Below, one piece after another: positions 28,796 through 38,488 of a DNA stretch of 64,000 nt. Within the stretch, counting starts at the first letter, position 1, and each line of letters opens with the position of its first letter. A program made the position numbers and the translations under genes. This DNA is from Candidatus Babelota bacterium (GTDB lineage: Bacteria; Babelota; Babeliae; Babelales; Vermiphilaceae): assembly GCA_020431705.1 (NCBI GenBank), contig JAGQHQ010000005.1:1028-65027 (forward strand), in the 5' to 3' direction. Under the pieces are notes generated by a model. The model ran no database searches, was not told the DNA's origin, and worked only from the letters and a program-made list of their open reading frames with translations.

Positions 28796-30221
28796 TTATA
28801 TTATTGTAGTGGGGGTTGTAGTGTCTTTTGTAGCACGCCCTGGCGTTTTATTATCACAAGATCAAGAATCAATTATTGCTTGTTGCACACCACAAGGAAG
28901 TGGCGCAATAGCACTTTTGCGTTTGTCAGGAGTCGATAGTTTCGAAATCGTAACACATATCAGCAAATTACCTGGCAACAAAAAAATATATCAGCAAAAA
29001 ACACATACTATTCAATATGGCTGGATAGTTGATACTAACGGTACTACTATTGATCAGGTTTTGTTTTTTTTAATGCGAGGCCCAAAAACATTCACTGGCC
29101 AAGACACAATAGAAATTAGCTGCCACAACAATCCATTTATTATTGAAGCAATTATCCAAGAGGCTATTAAAAATGGTGCACGATTAGCACAAAATGGTGA
29201 ATTTACCAAACGATCGGTCTTGAATGGCAAAATTGATTTGGTACAAGCAGAAGCAATTAATGAGCTTATTCATGCACATACACAACAAGCACTCAAACAA
29301 TCTCTTGCTCAGCTTGAAGGAAGTTTGTCTGGCTGGTTACATACAATTGAAAACAATTTAATTAAGGCTCTAGCGCTTTCTGAAGCAAGTTTTGAGTTTA
29401 TCGATGAAGAAGATCTAACCTTTGAAAATCAAATTTTACAATTACTTTCTGATGTACTTACACATATTAAGGATATTAAAAAAACATTTGACCAACAACA
29501 ACATATACGTAATGGTATTAGAATTGCACTTATTGGAGCTGTAAATGCTGGAAAATCATCATTATTTAATACATTGCTTAGTCAAGAACGAGCTATTGTT
29601 ACTAATATTGCTGGCACAACTCGTGATGCTATTGAAGCAGGTATATATAGAAGTGGAAACTATTGGACATTAGTTGACACGGCAGGACTACGACAAACTG
29701 ATGATGTTGTTGAAGAACTTGGTATTAAAAAATCTTTTGAACAAGCACATTTAGCCGATATTATTTTACTTGTGAGCGACTCATTATCTCAGCTCTATAC
29801 TGAACAAAAAAAAATATATACAGAACTGCTTGAAAAATATCGCAGCAAAATAATTTGTGTGAACACTAAGTATGATATGCAAAAATATATAAATGATAAA
29901 AAAGAGGAACATAGTATTACTGTTTCAAGTAAAACCGGACATAACATAACACTTCTTGAACAAAAAATAGAAAAAAAAATCATGCAGTTATTAAAACGCA
30001 GCGAATCATCGTTTCTCCTCAATAAACGGCAATTTAACATTTTGCTCGGCTTAGAAAAAAAATTAGAAAAAATCACACCAATGCTTAAAGAAAATATCCA
30101 GTACGAACTCATCTCATATCATTTAAATGATGCAATTTCTCACATAAATCAACTAACAGGCAAAAGCATCAGCGAAAAAGGAATGGATGCTGTTTTTCGT
30201 GAATTTTGTGTTGGTAAGTAA
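28755..30221 (+). CDS. mnmE: tRNA modification GTPase MnmE (TrmE)
   Basis: CTPQGSGAIALLRLSG, the G-domain motifs GAVNAGKSSLFN and DTAGLR, and the C-terminal FCVGK are present. The true start is probably the internal GTG at about 28821, because the track start overlaps the upstream gene. Confidence 0.92.
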   Translation: MILGTTTLGTKKNSYIIVVGVVVSFVARPGVLLSQDQESIIACCTPQGSGAIALLRLSGVDSFEIVTHISKLPGNKKIYQQKTHTIQYGWIVDTNGTTIDQVLFFLMRGPKTFTGQDTIEISCHNNPFIIEAIIQEAIKNGARLAQNGEFTKRSVLNGKIDLVQAEAINELIHAHTQQALKQSLAQLEGSLSGWLHTIENNLIKALALSEASFEFIDEEDLTFENQILQLLSDVLTHIKDIKKTFDQQQHIRNGIRIALIGAVNAGKSSLFNTLLSQERAIVTNIAGTTRDAIEAGIYRSGNYWTLVDTAGLRQTDDVVEELGIKKSFEQAHLADIILLVSDSLSQLYTEQKKIYTELLEKYRSKIICVNTKYDMQKYINDKKEEHSITVSSKTGHNITLLEQKIEKKIMQLLKRSESSFLLNKRQFNILLGLEKKLEKITPMLKENIQYELISYHLNDAISHINQLTGKSISEKGMDAVFREFCVGK

Positions 30222-30248
30222 TTAAAAATAAAATAATCAGGCAAAACA

Positions 30249-31388
30249 GTGAAAAAAATAATTATTCTTACCAGTAAAGGCGGTGGTGGACATTTAGCAG
30301 TCTCAGATGCGCTCAAAATATATTTAGGATCTCATTATAAAGTACATGCAGTAAATACTTTCTCTGACGTTATACACCCTCTTGATGTAATACGAAAAAT
30401 CACATTTGGTAAATATGATTGGATACGATTTTATAATGATTTTCTAACAAAAAAATGGTTTCGCCTACTAAGTGCTTGCCAAGTAATCGGTGCATATTAT
30501 ATGAGAATTCGTAGCGGACCACTTGTACAGTTACTGACAGCATATCTAAAAAAAGAAAATGCGGATATGGTTATTTCTGTAGTACCGCTGATTAATGCAG
30601 CACTGATTAAAAGTACAAAAAATCTTGGTATACCTCTTATTATTGTTCCTACAGATTTGGATGCAACGATAGTAATAAATGGTATTAATCAACCACAAGA
30701 AAAGCATTTTCGTTTTACTTGCTCATTTGACGACGATACAATTGCTCAGACAATTGCACCAGCACAAATTAATAAAAAACAACTTGTTGTAACTGGCTTT
30801 CCCATCAGGCCAGTTTTTTTTACCCACAAAGATATTGAGAATATTAAGCACAAATATGATGTTTTGCCCAATAAACCAGTTATTTTACTATTAATGGGGT
30901 ATCGTGGTTCAAATGCACTGTATGATTTTGCACAAGAACTAGCGAAAATAAAAGTGGCAATACATGTTTTAATTTGTACGGGTAAAAACACTAACGTAGT
31001 CAGAAAAATTCGTACAGTTAGTTTTCCACCACATATAACAACTACTATTATTGGTTTTACTGAACATATTTCTGACTTAATGAGCATATCAGATGTGTTT
31101 ATTGGTAAATCTGGGTCAGTTAGCGTATGTGAAGCACTGTATATGAATTTGCCACTTTTTCTTGATGCAACAAGCGGTACACTAGAATGGGAAAAATTTA
31201 ATCATGATTTTGTTACACAACACAATTTTGGATTAAGTATTAAAAGTGAAAAAGATATTGCACATATCGTCACTAAATTTTTTTCCGACACTGCATATAG
31301 GCAAAGAATGAAAAAAAGTCTACAAACATTCAAAAAAAAGCATGCCGGCACCGAAATTCGTACACTTGTAGAAAAAATGCTTAAGTAA
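30249..31388 (+). CDS. MGDG-synthase/UgtP-like diacylglycerol glycosyltransferase (GT28)
   Basis: The N-terminus KIIILTSKGGGGHLAVSDAL and the C-terminal GKSGSVSVCEAL are typical of this family. Confidence 0.8.
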   Translation: MKKIIILTSKGGGGHLAVSDALKIYLGSHYKVHAVNTFSDVIHPLDVIRKITFGKYDWIRFYNDFLTKKWFRLLSACQVIGAYYMRIRSGPLVQLLTAYLKKENADMVISVVPLINAALIKSTKNLGIPLIIVPTDLDATIVINGINQPQEKHFRFTCSFDDDTIAQTIAPAQINKKQLVVTGFPIRPVFFTHKDIENIKHKYDVLPNKPVILLLMGYRGSNALYDFAQELAKIKVAIHVLICTGKNTNVVRKIRTVSFPPHITTTIIGFTEHISDLMSISDVFIGKSGSVSVCEALYMNLPLFLDATSGTLEWEKFNHDFVTQHNFGLSIKSEKDIAHIVTKFFSDTAYRQRMKKSLQTFKKKHAGTEIRTLVEKMLK

Positions 31389-31430
31389 TTCGCTCGGTTT
31401 TTATTTATTCAGCGATTTTTTGTATATCAA

Positions 31431-31466
31431 TAAAAAAAAAAGGGAGTTCGCTTTTGCGAAGCTCCC
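31431..31466 (-). terminator. Intrinsic terminator between convergent GT28 and pal genes
   Basis: Hairpin gggagttcgc-tttt-gcgaagctccc (31442-31466, one bulge). It is flanked by A10 on the plus strand, which gives a U-tract for the minus-strand pal transcript. Confidence 0.6.
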
Positions 31467-31491
31467 TTCAATATTTTAAAAATTAGCCAGA

Positions 31492-32190
31492 CTAACCGAT
31501 AATGATTCTCATTTCGTCACGACGATTTGCCCATTGTTGGTTTCTATCACCTTCAACAATTTTACCATCGACGACTGCTGGCACTTCTGAACCACGACCA
31601 ACAATTTTAATTGAATCAGTTGGAATACCTGCAGCAGCAAAACGATCTCTTACTATTTTTGCTCTTTTCTCTGATAGCGCAAGGTTATATGCATCAGATC
31701 CTGCAGCACTATCAGCATGACCTTCAACAATAAGTGTAATTTTTGCATCAGGATTTTCTACTAATGCACGCTGCGCTTGTTCTATGTTAAATGCCATTGT
31801 GTCTTCTTGATCTTCTCGAATGTTAAACTTATCAAAGTCGAAATAAACAGCCTTAAACTCTTGTTGTTGTGACTCTTGAATCCAAGAAAAATCATCAACT
31901 TCCACCGAATCAGCTTTTACGTTTTTTGCAAGATCATCAGCATATGCAACATCTGCTAAATCAAGCTCATCATCACTCATGTCATCATACGCCATAGATT
32001 CATCAACTTCTATAAAATCTCCCATTTCATCATCAAAAACGGCACTCATATCACCGTCTGCTGTAGGAATATCAACAGAAGAGAATACATTTTTCTTACT
32101 ATCTTTTTTTACAGCTTTTTCTTTTTTCTTCCCAAAGCACCCTGGAAGCGCAACTAACACAAATAGAAAAAGAGCCAATGCTTTTTTCAT
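31492..32190 (-). CDS. pal: Peptidoglycan-associated lipoprotein (OmpA/Pal family) with acidic linker
   Basis: The start is MKKALALFLFVLVALPGC (lipobox). A D/E-rich linker follows, then the OmpA-like domain VEGHADSAAGSDAYNLALSEKRAKIVRDRF. Confidence 0.85.
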   Translation of the reverse strand: MKKALALFLFVLVALPGCFGKKKEKAVKKDSKKNVFSSVDIPTADGDMSAVFDDEMGDFIEVDESMAYDDMSDDELDLADVAYADDLAKNVKADSVEVDDFSWIQESQQQEFKAVYFDFDKFNIREDQEDTMAFNIEQAQRALVENPDAKITLIVEGHADSAAGSDAYNLALSEKRAKIVRDRFAAAGIPTDSIKIVGRGSEVPAVVDGKIVEGDRNQQWANRRDEMRIIIG

Positions 32191-32351
32191 CTTTTTACTC
32201 CTAATTATAAAAAAATTAATCACATACTTAACCTACTGCCAGAGAGCGTAGCACACTTTTTATTAATTTTCTACTCATACATATGAAAATAGGGTATATT
32301 TAATAAATAAGAAGGGAAAAGAATACGCAACATAATGGTACAAATCATATT

Positions 32352-33860
32352 ATGAAAAAAATTTTAATTAATAAAAATCCTTGGCAAATACGTATCGCTA
32401 TTAGCGACAATAGTACGTTGCAGAATATATACTTTTCTGCACAGGCAGTCCAGTCTATTGAGCGAGTTTTCTTTAAAGGTAAAGTTACAAAAGTATTACC
32501 GGGAATTCAAACAGCGTTTGTTAATATTGGTCAAGAAAAAGCAGGCTTCTTGCATATTTCAGAAGTAGACAGAGAATTAGCACTTGGCAAATTTAGCAAA
32601 CATATTTCACTTGAAGAAGATATTTCTAAAAAAACAGCTCAACTTCGTCAATCAATTGATATTAGTAAAATTTTCAAAGAAGGTGATGAGGTATTGGTTC
32701 AAGTCAGTAAAGAGCCAGTATATGAGAAAGGAGCAAAACTCACTACATGCTTTACATTACCTGGTAGATTTATCGTTTTAATGCCAAATATTCCTCGTAT
32801 TGGTGTTTCGAAAAAAATTGAAGATCGGCAAGAACGTGTACGTCTTAAAGAAATTGTAAAAAAAAATTTACCAGAAAGTATGGGTGCTATTATTCGAACC
32901 ACATCTGATGGGCGCAAAGAATGGGAAATTGTAAAAGATATTTCGATATTAGTAAGCACATGGGAAACGATACAAAACGGTTTTAAAGAAGCAAAACCTC
33001 AAGAACGTGTTTACGAAGATATTGAGCTCACGTTACAAATCGTACGTGATCATTTGGATAATGATGTTGAAGCAATCATTGTTGATAGCAAGGATACACA
33101 AAGAACAATCTATAATTACGTAAAAAAAATTGCACCCGAACATAGACAAAAAATAAAATTATACCGTGGTAAAACACCAATTTTTGAATATTACACTATA
33201 GAAGAGCAAATAGAAGCAGCGCTCGAAAAAAAGGTACCGCTCAAATCTGGTGGCTCTTTGATTATTGAAACAACTGAGGCCATGTCAGTTATTGATGTTA
33301 ACACCGGTAAATTTACCGGTAAAAAAAATATGGCCGACACTATGCTACAAACAAATTTAGAGGCAGCAGAAGAAACAGTTCGCCAACTACGCTTACGCAA
33401 TATTGGTGGGTTGATTGTTATTGATTTTATCGATATGGCTGCTGCAGCTAATCGGAAAAAGCTAATTACATTTTTTGAAAAAACACTCAAAGAGCGTGAT
33501 AAATTTCAATCTGTTGTACTGAAAGTTTCTGAGTTTGGTTTAGTACAAATGACTCGAAAACGATCTGGTAAAACCCTAGTTCAACAGTTGACCGAAACGT
33601 GTCCTACATGTGAAGGTTCAGGTTTTATTAAATCGGTACAAACTCAAAGTTTTACTATTTTACATGCAATAACACAAGAACTAAAAGACAAAAAAATTAG
33701 CGATTCTATTACTATTAGTCTTCACCCAGATATTTTCAAGTATATAACAACAGCTCAGTATGATGCGGTACTTACCCTTGAAAATTTTTGTAGCTGCCGG
33801 ATTACCTTTGTAACTAAAAAGAATTTTGGGCTCAACCAATACAAAATTGAAAAAAAATAG
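32352..33860 (+). CDS. rng: Ribonuclease G/E family (RNase G-like)
   Basis: S1 domain GKVTKVLPGIQTAFVNIGQEKAGFLHISE, the catalytic region SLIIETTEAMSVIDVNTG, and the Zn-link-like CPTCEGSG are present. Confidence 0.9.
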   Translation: MKKILINKNPWQIRIAISDNSTLQNIYFSAQAVQSIERVFFKGKVTKVLPGIQTAFVNIGQEKAGFLHISEVDRELALGKFSKHISLEEDISKKTAQLRQSIDISKIFKEGDEVLVQVSKEPVYEKGAKLTTCFTLPGRFIVLMPNIPRIGVSKKIEDRQERVRLKEIVKKNLPESMGAIIRTTSDGRKEWEIVKDISILVSTWETIQNGFKEAKPQERVYEDIELTLQIVRDHLDNDVEAIIVDSKDTQRTIYNYVKKIAPEHRQKIKLYRGKTPIFEYYTIEEQIEAALEKKVPLKSGGSLIIETTEAMSVIDVNTGKFTGKKNMADTMLQTNLEAAEETVRQLRLRNIGGLIVIDFIDMAAAANRKKLITFFEKTLKERDKFQSVVLKVSEFGLVQMTRKRSGKTLVQQLTETCPTCEGSGFIKSVQTQSFTILHAITQELKDKKISDSITISLHPDIFKYITTAQYDAVLTLENFCSCRITFVTKKNFGLNQYKIEKK

Positions 33861-33893
33861 TATACTGAATGCTCATAAACAAAGGAATATATA

Positions 33894-35351
33894 ATGGCAA
33901 AAACAGCGTCAGTATTAGACAACTACCCAGATTACGAGTTGACTATCGGTATTGAGGTTCATGCCCAGCTTACCACAAAAAGCAAAATTTTCTGCACATG
34001 TTCCAACAGCGTTACCAAGGAACCCAACAGAAATATTTGTTCTATTTGTACCGGCCAACCTGGTGTGCTCCCTGTTTTAAATAAAAAGGTAGTTGATTAC
34101 GCAATTATGGCTGGTCTTGCAACAAGCTGTAACATTGCCCCTATATGTTCTTTTGCGCGTAAACATTATTTCTATCCTGATTTGCCAAAAAATTACCAGA
34201 TTACTGAAGCTGATAACCCTATTTGCTCAGAAGGTTTTATTCCCATCCGCCTTGAAGATGAAAGTATTAAAAAGATTCGCTTGATTCGTATTCATATGGA
34301 AGAAGATGCAGGAAGAAACATTCATGCTCCTGACAGTGGAGAAAGTTTTGTTGACTTCAATAGAACAGGAACACCACTTTTAGAAATTGTTAGCTATCCT
34401 GATATTTCAAGTACATATGAAGCAAGAGTATACTTAAAAACTCTGCGTACCATTGTGCAATATTTAAATATTTGTAGCGGTAATATGGAAGAAGGAGCAT
34501 TTCGCGCAGATACCAATATCTCTGTGCGTAAAAAGGGACAAGAAAAACTTGGCACTCGTTGTGAGTTAAAAAATATCAATTCATTTAAATTCATTGGCGA
34601 CGCTATTGAATACGAAATAGAACGCCAAATCGATATATTAGAAAATGATGGTAAAGTAAAACAAGAAACCCGCTTGTGGGATACAAATAAAAAAGAATCT
34701 CGTCCAATGCGATCAAAAGAAGAAGCGGCTGATTATCGCTACTTTGAAGAACCTGATCTGCCTTTGGTTCAAACAAACCAAGAGTGGATTAGTCGTATTG
34801 CTGCGCAACTACCAGAACTGCCACATGATAAGTTTAGTCGCTTTGTAAGTCAACTTGGCTTAACACCCTATGAAGCAGAAATTCTGGTGGAAGATCGCGC
34901 ACTTGCTAACTATTTTGAACAAGCATACAAAGAAACTCAAAGCAAACAATTAGTAAACTGGATTTTACGGGATGTTCTTGGTTATCTAAAAGAATATAAA
35001 CAGTCTATTATTGAGTTTAAAGTCACCCCAAAAAAATTAGCTATAATTATACAAATGCTTGAACAAGAAGAAATTAACAATCATGCTGCAAAAGAAGTTT
35101 TTGAAATAATTGCGCAAACTGGGCAAAATCCTATTGATATCGTAAAAGAAAAAGGCTTAGAGCAGATGGGTGCTAGCCCAGAACTTGAGGCAATGATAAA
35201 AGAAATTATTGTAAATAGTCCACAACAAGTCGCACAACTCAAAGCGGGCAAAGAGCGTATGGTAGGCTACTTTGTCGGTCAGGCAATGAAAAAAACTCAA
35301 GGAAAGGGTAATCCTAAAATTATTCAAGAATTACTTAAAAAACTTCTGTAA
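33894..35351 (+). CDS. gatB: Asp/Glu-tRNA amidotransferase subunit B
   Basis: YELTIGIEVHAQL, FCTCSN..CSICTGQPGVLP, HMEEDAG and the C-terminal GatB_Yqey-like tail are present. Confidence 0.95.
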   Translation: MAKTASVLDNYPDYELTIGIEVHAQLTTKSKIFCTCSNSVTKEPNRNICSICTGQPGVLPVLNKKVVDYAIMAGLATSCNIAPICSFARKHYFYPDLPKNYQITEADNPICSEGFIPIRLEDESIKKIRLIRIHMEEDAGRNIHAPDSGESFVDFNRTGTPLLEIVSYPDISSTYEARVYLKTLRTIVQYLNICSGNMEEGAFRADTNISVRKKGQEKLGTRCELKNINSFKFIGDAIEYEIERQIDILENDGKVKQETRLWDTNKKESRPMRSKEEAADYRYFEEPDLPLVQTNQEWISRIAAQLPELPHDKFSRFVSQLGLTPYEAEILVEDRALANYFEQAYKETQSKQLVNWILRDVLGYLKEYKQSIIEFKVTPKKLAIIIQMLEQEEINNHAAKEVFEIIAQTGQNPIDIVKEKGLEQMGASPELEAMIKEIIVNSPQQVAQLKAGKERMVGYFVGQAMKKTQGKGNPKIIQELLKKLL

Positions 35352-35581
35352 ATTCTTTATACGCCTGTTGCTTGTGCTTCTTCCATTCTTTTAAAAATAA
35401 TGGAATTATATTATCCAAGATAATATTTAAGTAAGTGGTAAATCTTTTTTTAGAATTTTTTTAATACTGAGTACATCTTTGTCTTTGATCCAGTCAGCAA
35501 TCATTTCATGTGCTATTTTTTTGACATTACTTTCATATTGATGTTGTTTTTGTTCCTCAACCTGTGTATAGCGATATATTT

Positions 35582-36019
35582 TTATACCACCGTGCGTTTG
35601 ATATGTAAAACAGAATACAGCTCTTTTATAATATCCTGCAGTATGCGAAAACGTCCTTCTTGCCCATGATAAAAAACATAGTGCGTATCTTGATATTGTT
35701 GCTCACGAATCATTACGCGATCAATAATAGGCGCACAGTCTTTTTTTTCTTTAGTCCACTTTTTTTCAATCTTTGTTTTTAATTTAGATATACTTAAATA
35801 AGCCCGTATTTGAGTATTATTATTTTTATTATGAACTAACAGTTTAGTGACAACAATTTTTTTAATGGTTTCCCTTTTTAATAAATTACTATTTTTAAAT
35901 AAAAAATTAAAATTATCATAATAAAAAGCGATATTGGACAATTTTTTGGGGGGAAGTATTTCTACATGAAAATCATAAAAGAAAAAAGTAGTCTTTTTGT
36001 TGTTTTTAAAAGGACTCAT
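35582..36019 (-). CDS. Hypothetical protein (possibly truncated by an in-frame TAA)
   Basis: 145-aa ORF with no domain recognised. The same frame stays open for 52 more codons beyond the TAA (see findings). Confidence 0.45.
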   Translation of the reverse strand: MSPFKNNKKTTFFFYDFHVEILPPKKLSNIAFYYDNFNFLFKNSNLLKRETIKKIVVTKLLVHNKNNNTQIRAYLSISKLKTKIEKKWTKEKKDCAPIIDRVMIREQQYQDTHYVFYHGQEGRFRILQDIIKELYSVLHIKRTVV

Positions 36020-36134
36020 TTATCTAATCGGTTGACAAGTTATTTTTACCACTAGTATGCTTCTGACAATTTGTGCCCAAATAAAACAATATGTATGTAT
36101 GCCTAAATAATTATCTAAAAAAATAAGGAGACAT

Positions 36135-37004
36135 ATGGAGAATACTCTACATTACAATGAAATGGTAACAAAACTAAGGGCCTTTTTTCAAAAAAAGGAA
36201 TATATAGAAGTTCCTGCTTCATATCGCACGTCAATCATGGCTGGATGTGAAGATCCACGAACAATTAATACATACTTTCTTGGCGGGCTTAAATTTCCAT
36301 TACCGCAAACCGGGCAAATGTGGCTCGAAGTAGAATTATTAAAAAATCCTTCATGGAAAGGTGTTTATTGTTTAGGGCCAAGTTTCCGAGACGAACCAAA
36401 TCCAATTCCTGGCAGACACGTACGTTTATTTCCTATGTTCGACTTTGAAGGACGAGGAGACTTTTCTGATTTACAAGAAATAGAAGTTGAATTAGTTACC
36501 TATCTTGGTTTTAAGGCACCTATAAACCTCAATTATGAAGATTTATGTTCTCGCTATGGCGTTACTATATTAGAACATACAGAAGAAGAGCGTATGTCTA
36601 AAGAGATTAGTACATCAATTTCTCTGGAGAAATATCCACTACGTACTGACCCATTTTGGAATATGAAACATGTAGGCAATGGTATCTTTAATAAAATTGA
36701 CGTTATTTTGCACGGTATGGAAACTATCGGGTCTGCAGAGCGCTCATGCAATAAAGAAGAAATGAGAACATATTTCCACAGCATTGTTGACGGAAAATAT
36801 GCACAATTATTCTTTGACCACTTTGGTAAAGAACGTGTAATGAATGAACTGAATCAATATCTTGATTTAAATTTTTTTCCTCGCTTTGGTGGAGGTATTG
36901 GCATAATGCGACTAGAGGCAGCAATGATTAAAGAAGCTTTATTTGAAAACTCAACTAGCTATATACCTGCCGCAGCACATGTATTTAAACAACCAACAAT
37001 ATAA
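36135..37004 (+). CDS. Stand-alone class II (subclass IIb-like) aminoacyl-tRNA-synthetase catalytic core; AsnA/AS-AR-like candidate
   Basis: 289 aa. A motif-2-like PSFRDEPNPIPGRHVRLFPMFDFE and a motif-3-like FGGGIGIMRLEAAMI are present. There is no OB or anticodon-binding domain. Confidence 0.55.
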   Translation: MENTLHYNEMVTKLRAFFQKKEYIEVPASYRTSIMAGCEDPRTINTYFLGGLKFPLPQTGQMWLEVELLKNPSWKGVYCLGPSFRDEPNPIPGRHVRLFPMFDFEGRGDFSDLQEIEVELVTYLGFKAPINLNYEDLCSRYGVTILEHTEEERMSKEISTSISLEKYPLRTDPFWNMKHVGNGIFNKIDVILHGMETIGSAERSCNKEEMRTYFHSIVDGKYAQLFFDHFGKERVMNELNQYLDLNFFPRFGGGIGIMRLEAAMIKEALFENSTSYIPAAAHVFKQPTI

Positions 37005-37014
37005 AAAACATGTT

Positions 37015-37058
37015 GATACAAAAAAAGCCTTGCTATTTTGCAAAGCTTTTTTTGTATC
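37015..37058. terminator. Bidirectional intrinsic terminator (19-bp stem, one mismatch)
   Basis: GATACAAAAAAAGCCTTGC-tatttt-GCAAAGCTTTTTTTGTATC lies between the convergent genes at 36135..37004 and pyrF. A/T runs inside the stem provide U-tracts in both directions. Confidence 0.7.
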
Positions 37059-37075
37059 TATTAAAAAAATATCGA

Positions 37076-37846
37076 TTAACTTTCTATACGCTTTTTGTAC
37101 GCTTGCCATCCAGCACCACGATATTGTTGTGCAGAATCAACTAGATCATCTGCATTATAAATTGAACGCCCAACGATAATAGCGTCGATTCCGCATTGCC
37201 CAATCATATATTCAGGTGTATTATACCGCTGAGATAGATTATCTTTTTTTTGTGTTAAACTTATACCCGGCGCAACAATCAACAATCCAATATCAGTTGT
37301 ACAACGCTCTTGTGCAACTAAACCAACTACAAAATCAGTATTAGTTTCTGCTAGCTCAACAGTTTTTTTTGTATACATGTTATCAATTAAATTTCCCGCA
37401 CAACTCAAATGAGAAAGCAAAAGCATGCCACGATTTTTATCTTTACCTACAGACTTAAGCCCATCAACAACACCTGGACCAGAAACCGCATGAGCAATAA
37501 TAATATCTGCCCAATCGACAATTTTATACATGCCATCACGATACTGTTTTTGCACAATTGAACCGATATCACAAAACTTACGGTCTTCAATAATTAAAAA
37601 ATTATGTTTTTGTGCAAGAGTTTTAAGTTGTTCAATTAAATCCCAATCAAAATCATTAATAATATCAATGTGTGTTTTAAGTGCACAAATATACGGCCCA
37701 ATAGCATCAGTAAGTGCAATAAATTGTTTCTTGTTATCCACGTCTGGATTGTGTATCAAGTTTGTCTGCTTTTGTTCCATTAACATAAACAATCTTTTTG
37801 CCAATGGATGATGCGCATATTCAGCACGTTGCGCATAAGTTAACAT
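37076..37846 (-). CDS. pyrF: Orotidine-5'-phosphate decarboxylase, eukaryotic URA3/UMPS-type
   Basis: From MLTYAQRAEYAHHPLAKRLFMLMEQKQTNL the protein is colinear with yeast URA3 and the human UMPS C-domain as I remember them. Shared blocks include IEDRKFCDIG, WADIIIAH, LLLLSHLSCAG, DFVVGLVAQ, IIVGRSI and YRGAGWQAY. The track ORF extends to 37897. Confidence 0.9.
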   Translation of the reverse strand: MLTYAQRAEYAHHPLAKRLFMLMEQKQTNLIHNPDVDNKKQFIALTDAIGPYICALKTHIDIINDFDWDLIEQLKTLAQKHNFLIIEDRKFCDIGSIVQKQYRDGMYKIVDWADIIIAHAVSGPGVVDGLKSVGKDKNRGMLLLSHLSCAGNLIDNMYTKKTVELAETNTDFVVGLVAQERCTTDIGLLIVAPGISLTQKKDNLSQRYNTPEYMIGQCGIDAIIVGRSIYNADDLVDSAQQYRGAGWQAYKKRIES

Positions 37847-37853
37847 ATTTATA

Positions 37854-38459
37854 TTAAAAATAGACTTGGTTTTGTCTAATGTAGGCAGTAACGACATTAA
37901 TTATCTCCTGATTGATTGCACCACTTTGGCACAAAATTTTTATAATGTCAGTTAAAGTAAAAACAGAATGCACAAAATAACCGCGTTTTTGGATATTAAT
38001 AACACCACCTTGCTCTCTATCAATAAGTATCACAACATGCTCCACTTGAAGACCGGCTTTCTCCAGTGAATTAATTGTTTCTAATGAGCTAATACCTGAA
38101 GTAAATAAATCCTCAACAACAAGACAAGTTTGCTTTTCCTTAAAAACACCTTCAAGTATCTTTTTTGTTCCATACCCTTTTATTTCCTTGCGCTTCATAA
38201 CCATTGGTTTATTATGTTTGATCGCCATAACTGTTGCTATTGACAATGCGGTATAAGGCACTCCACACATAAGATCAAAATTGTATGTTGCTACTTTTTT
38301 CCACATGCAATTTGCAACTGCTTGCAAAATGTCTGGATAAGAAATAATGACTCGTAAATCAATATAAATTGGAGATTGAATACTACTTTTTAAAACAAAG
38401 CTACCAAATTTTACTGCATTAACTTCATAGAGCTTTCTAACTAACTCCCATTTATTCAT
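37854..38459 (-). CDS. pyrE: Orotate phosphoribosyltransferase, UMPS N-domain-like
   Basis: VKFGSFVLKSSIQSPIYIDLRVIISYP, CGVPYTAL and LVVEDLFTSGIS (PRPP loop) are present. The ILIDREQGG to IRQNQVYF stretch is colinear with the human UMPS OPRT domain (from memory). Confidence 0.9.
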   Translation of the reverse strand: MNKWELVRKLYEVNAVKFGSFVLKSSIQSPIYIDLRVIISYPDILQAVANCMWKKVATYNFDLMCGVPYTALSIATVMAIKHNKPMVMKRKEIKGYGTKKILEGVFKEKQTCLVVEDLFTSGISSLETINSLEKAGLQVEHVVILIDREQGGVINIQKRGYFVHSVFTLTDIIKILCQSGAINQEIINVVTAYIRQNQVYF

Positions 38460-38488
38460 AATTATCTCCGCTTGTCTTATAGGCCCAT

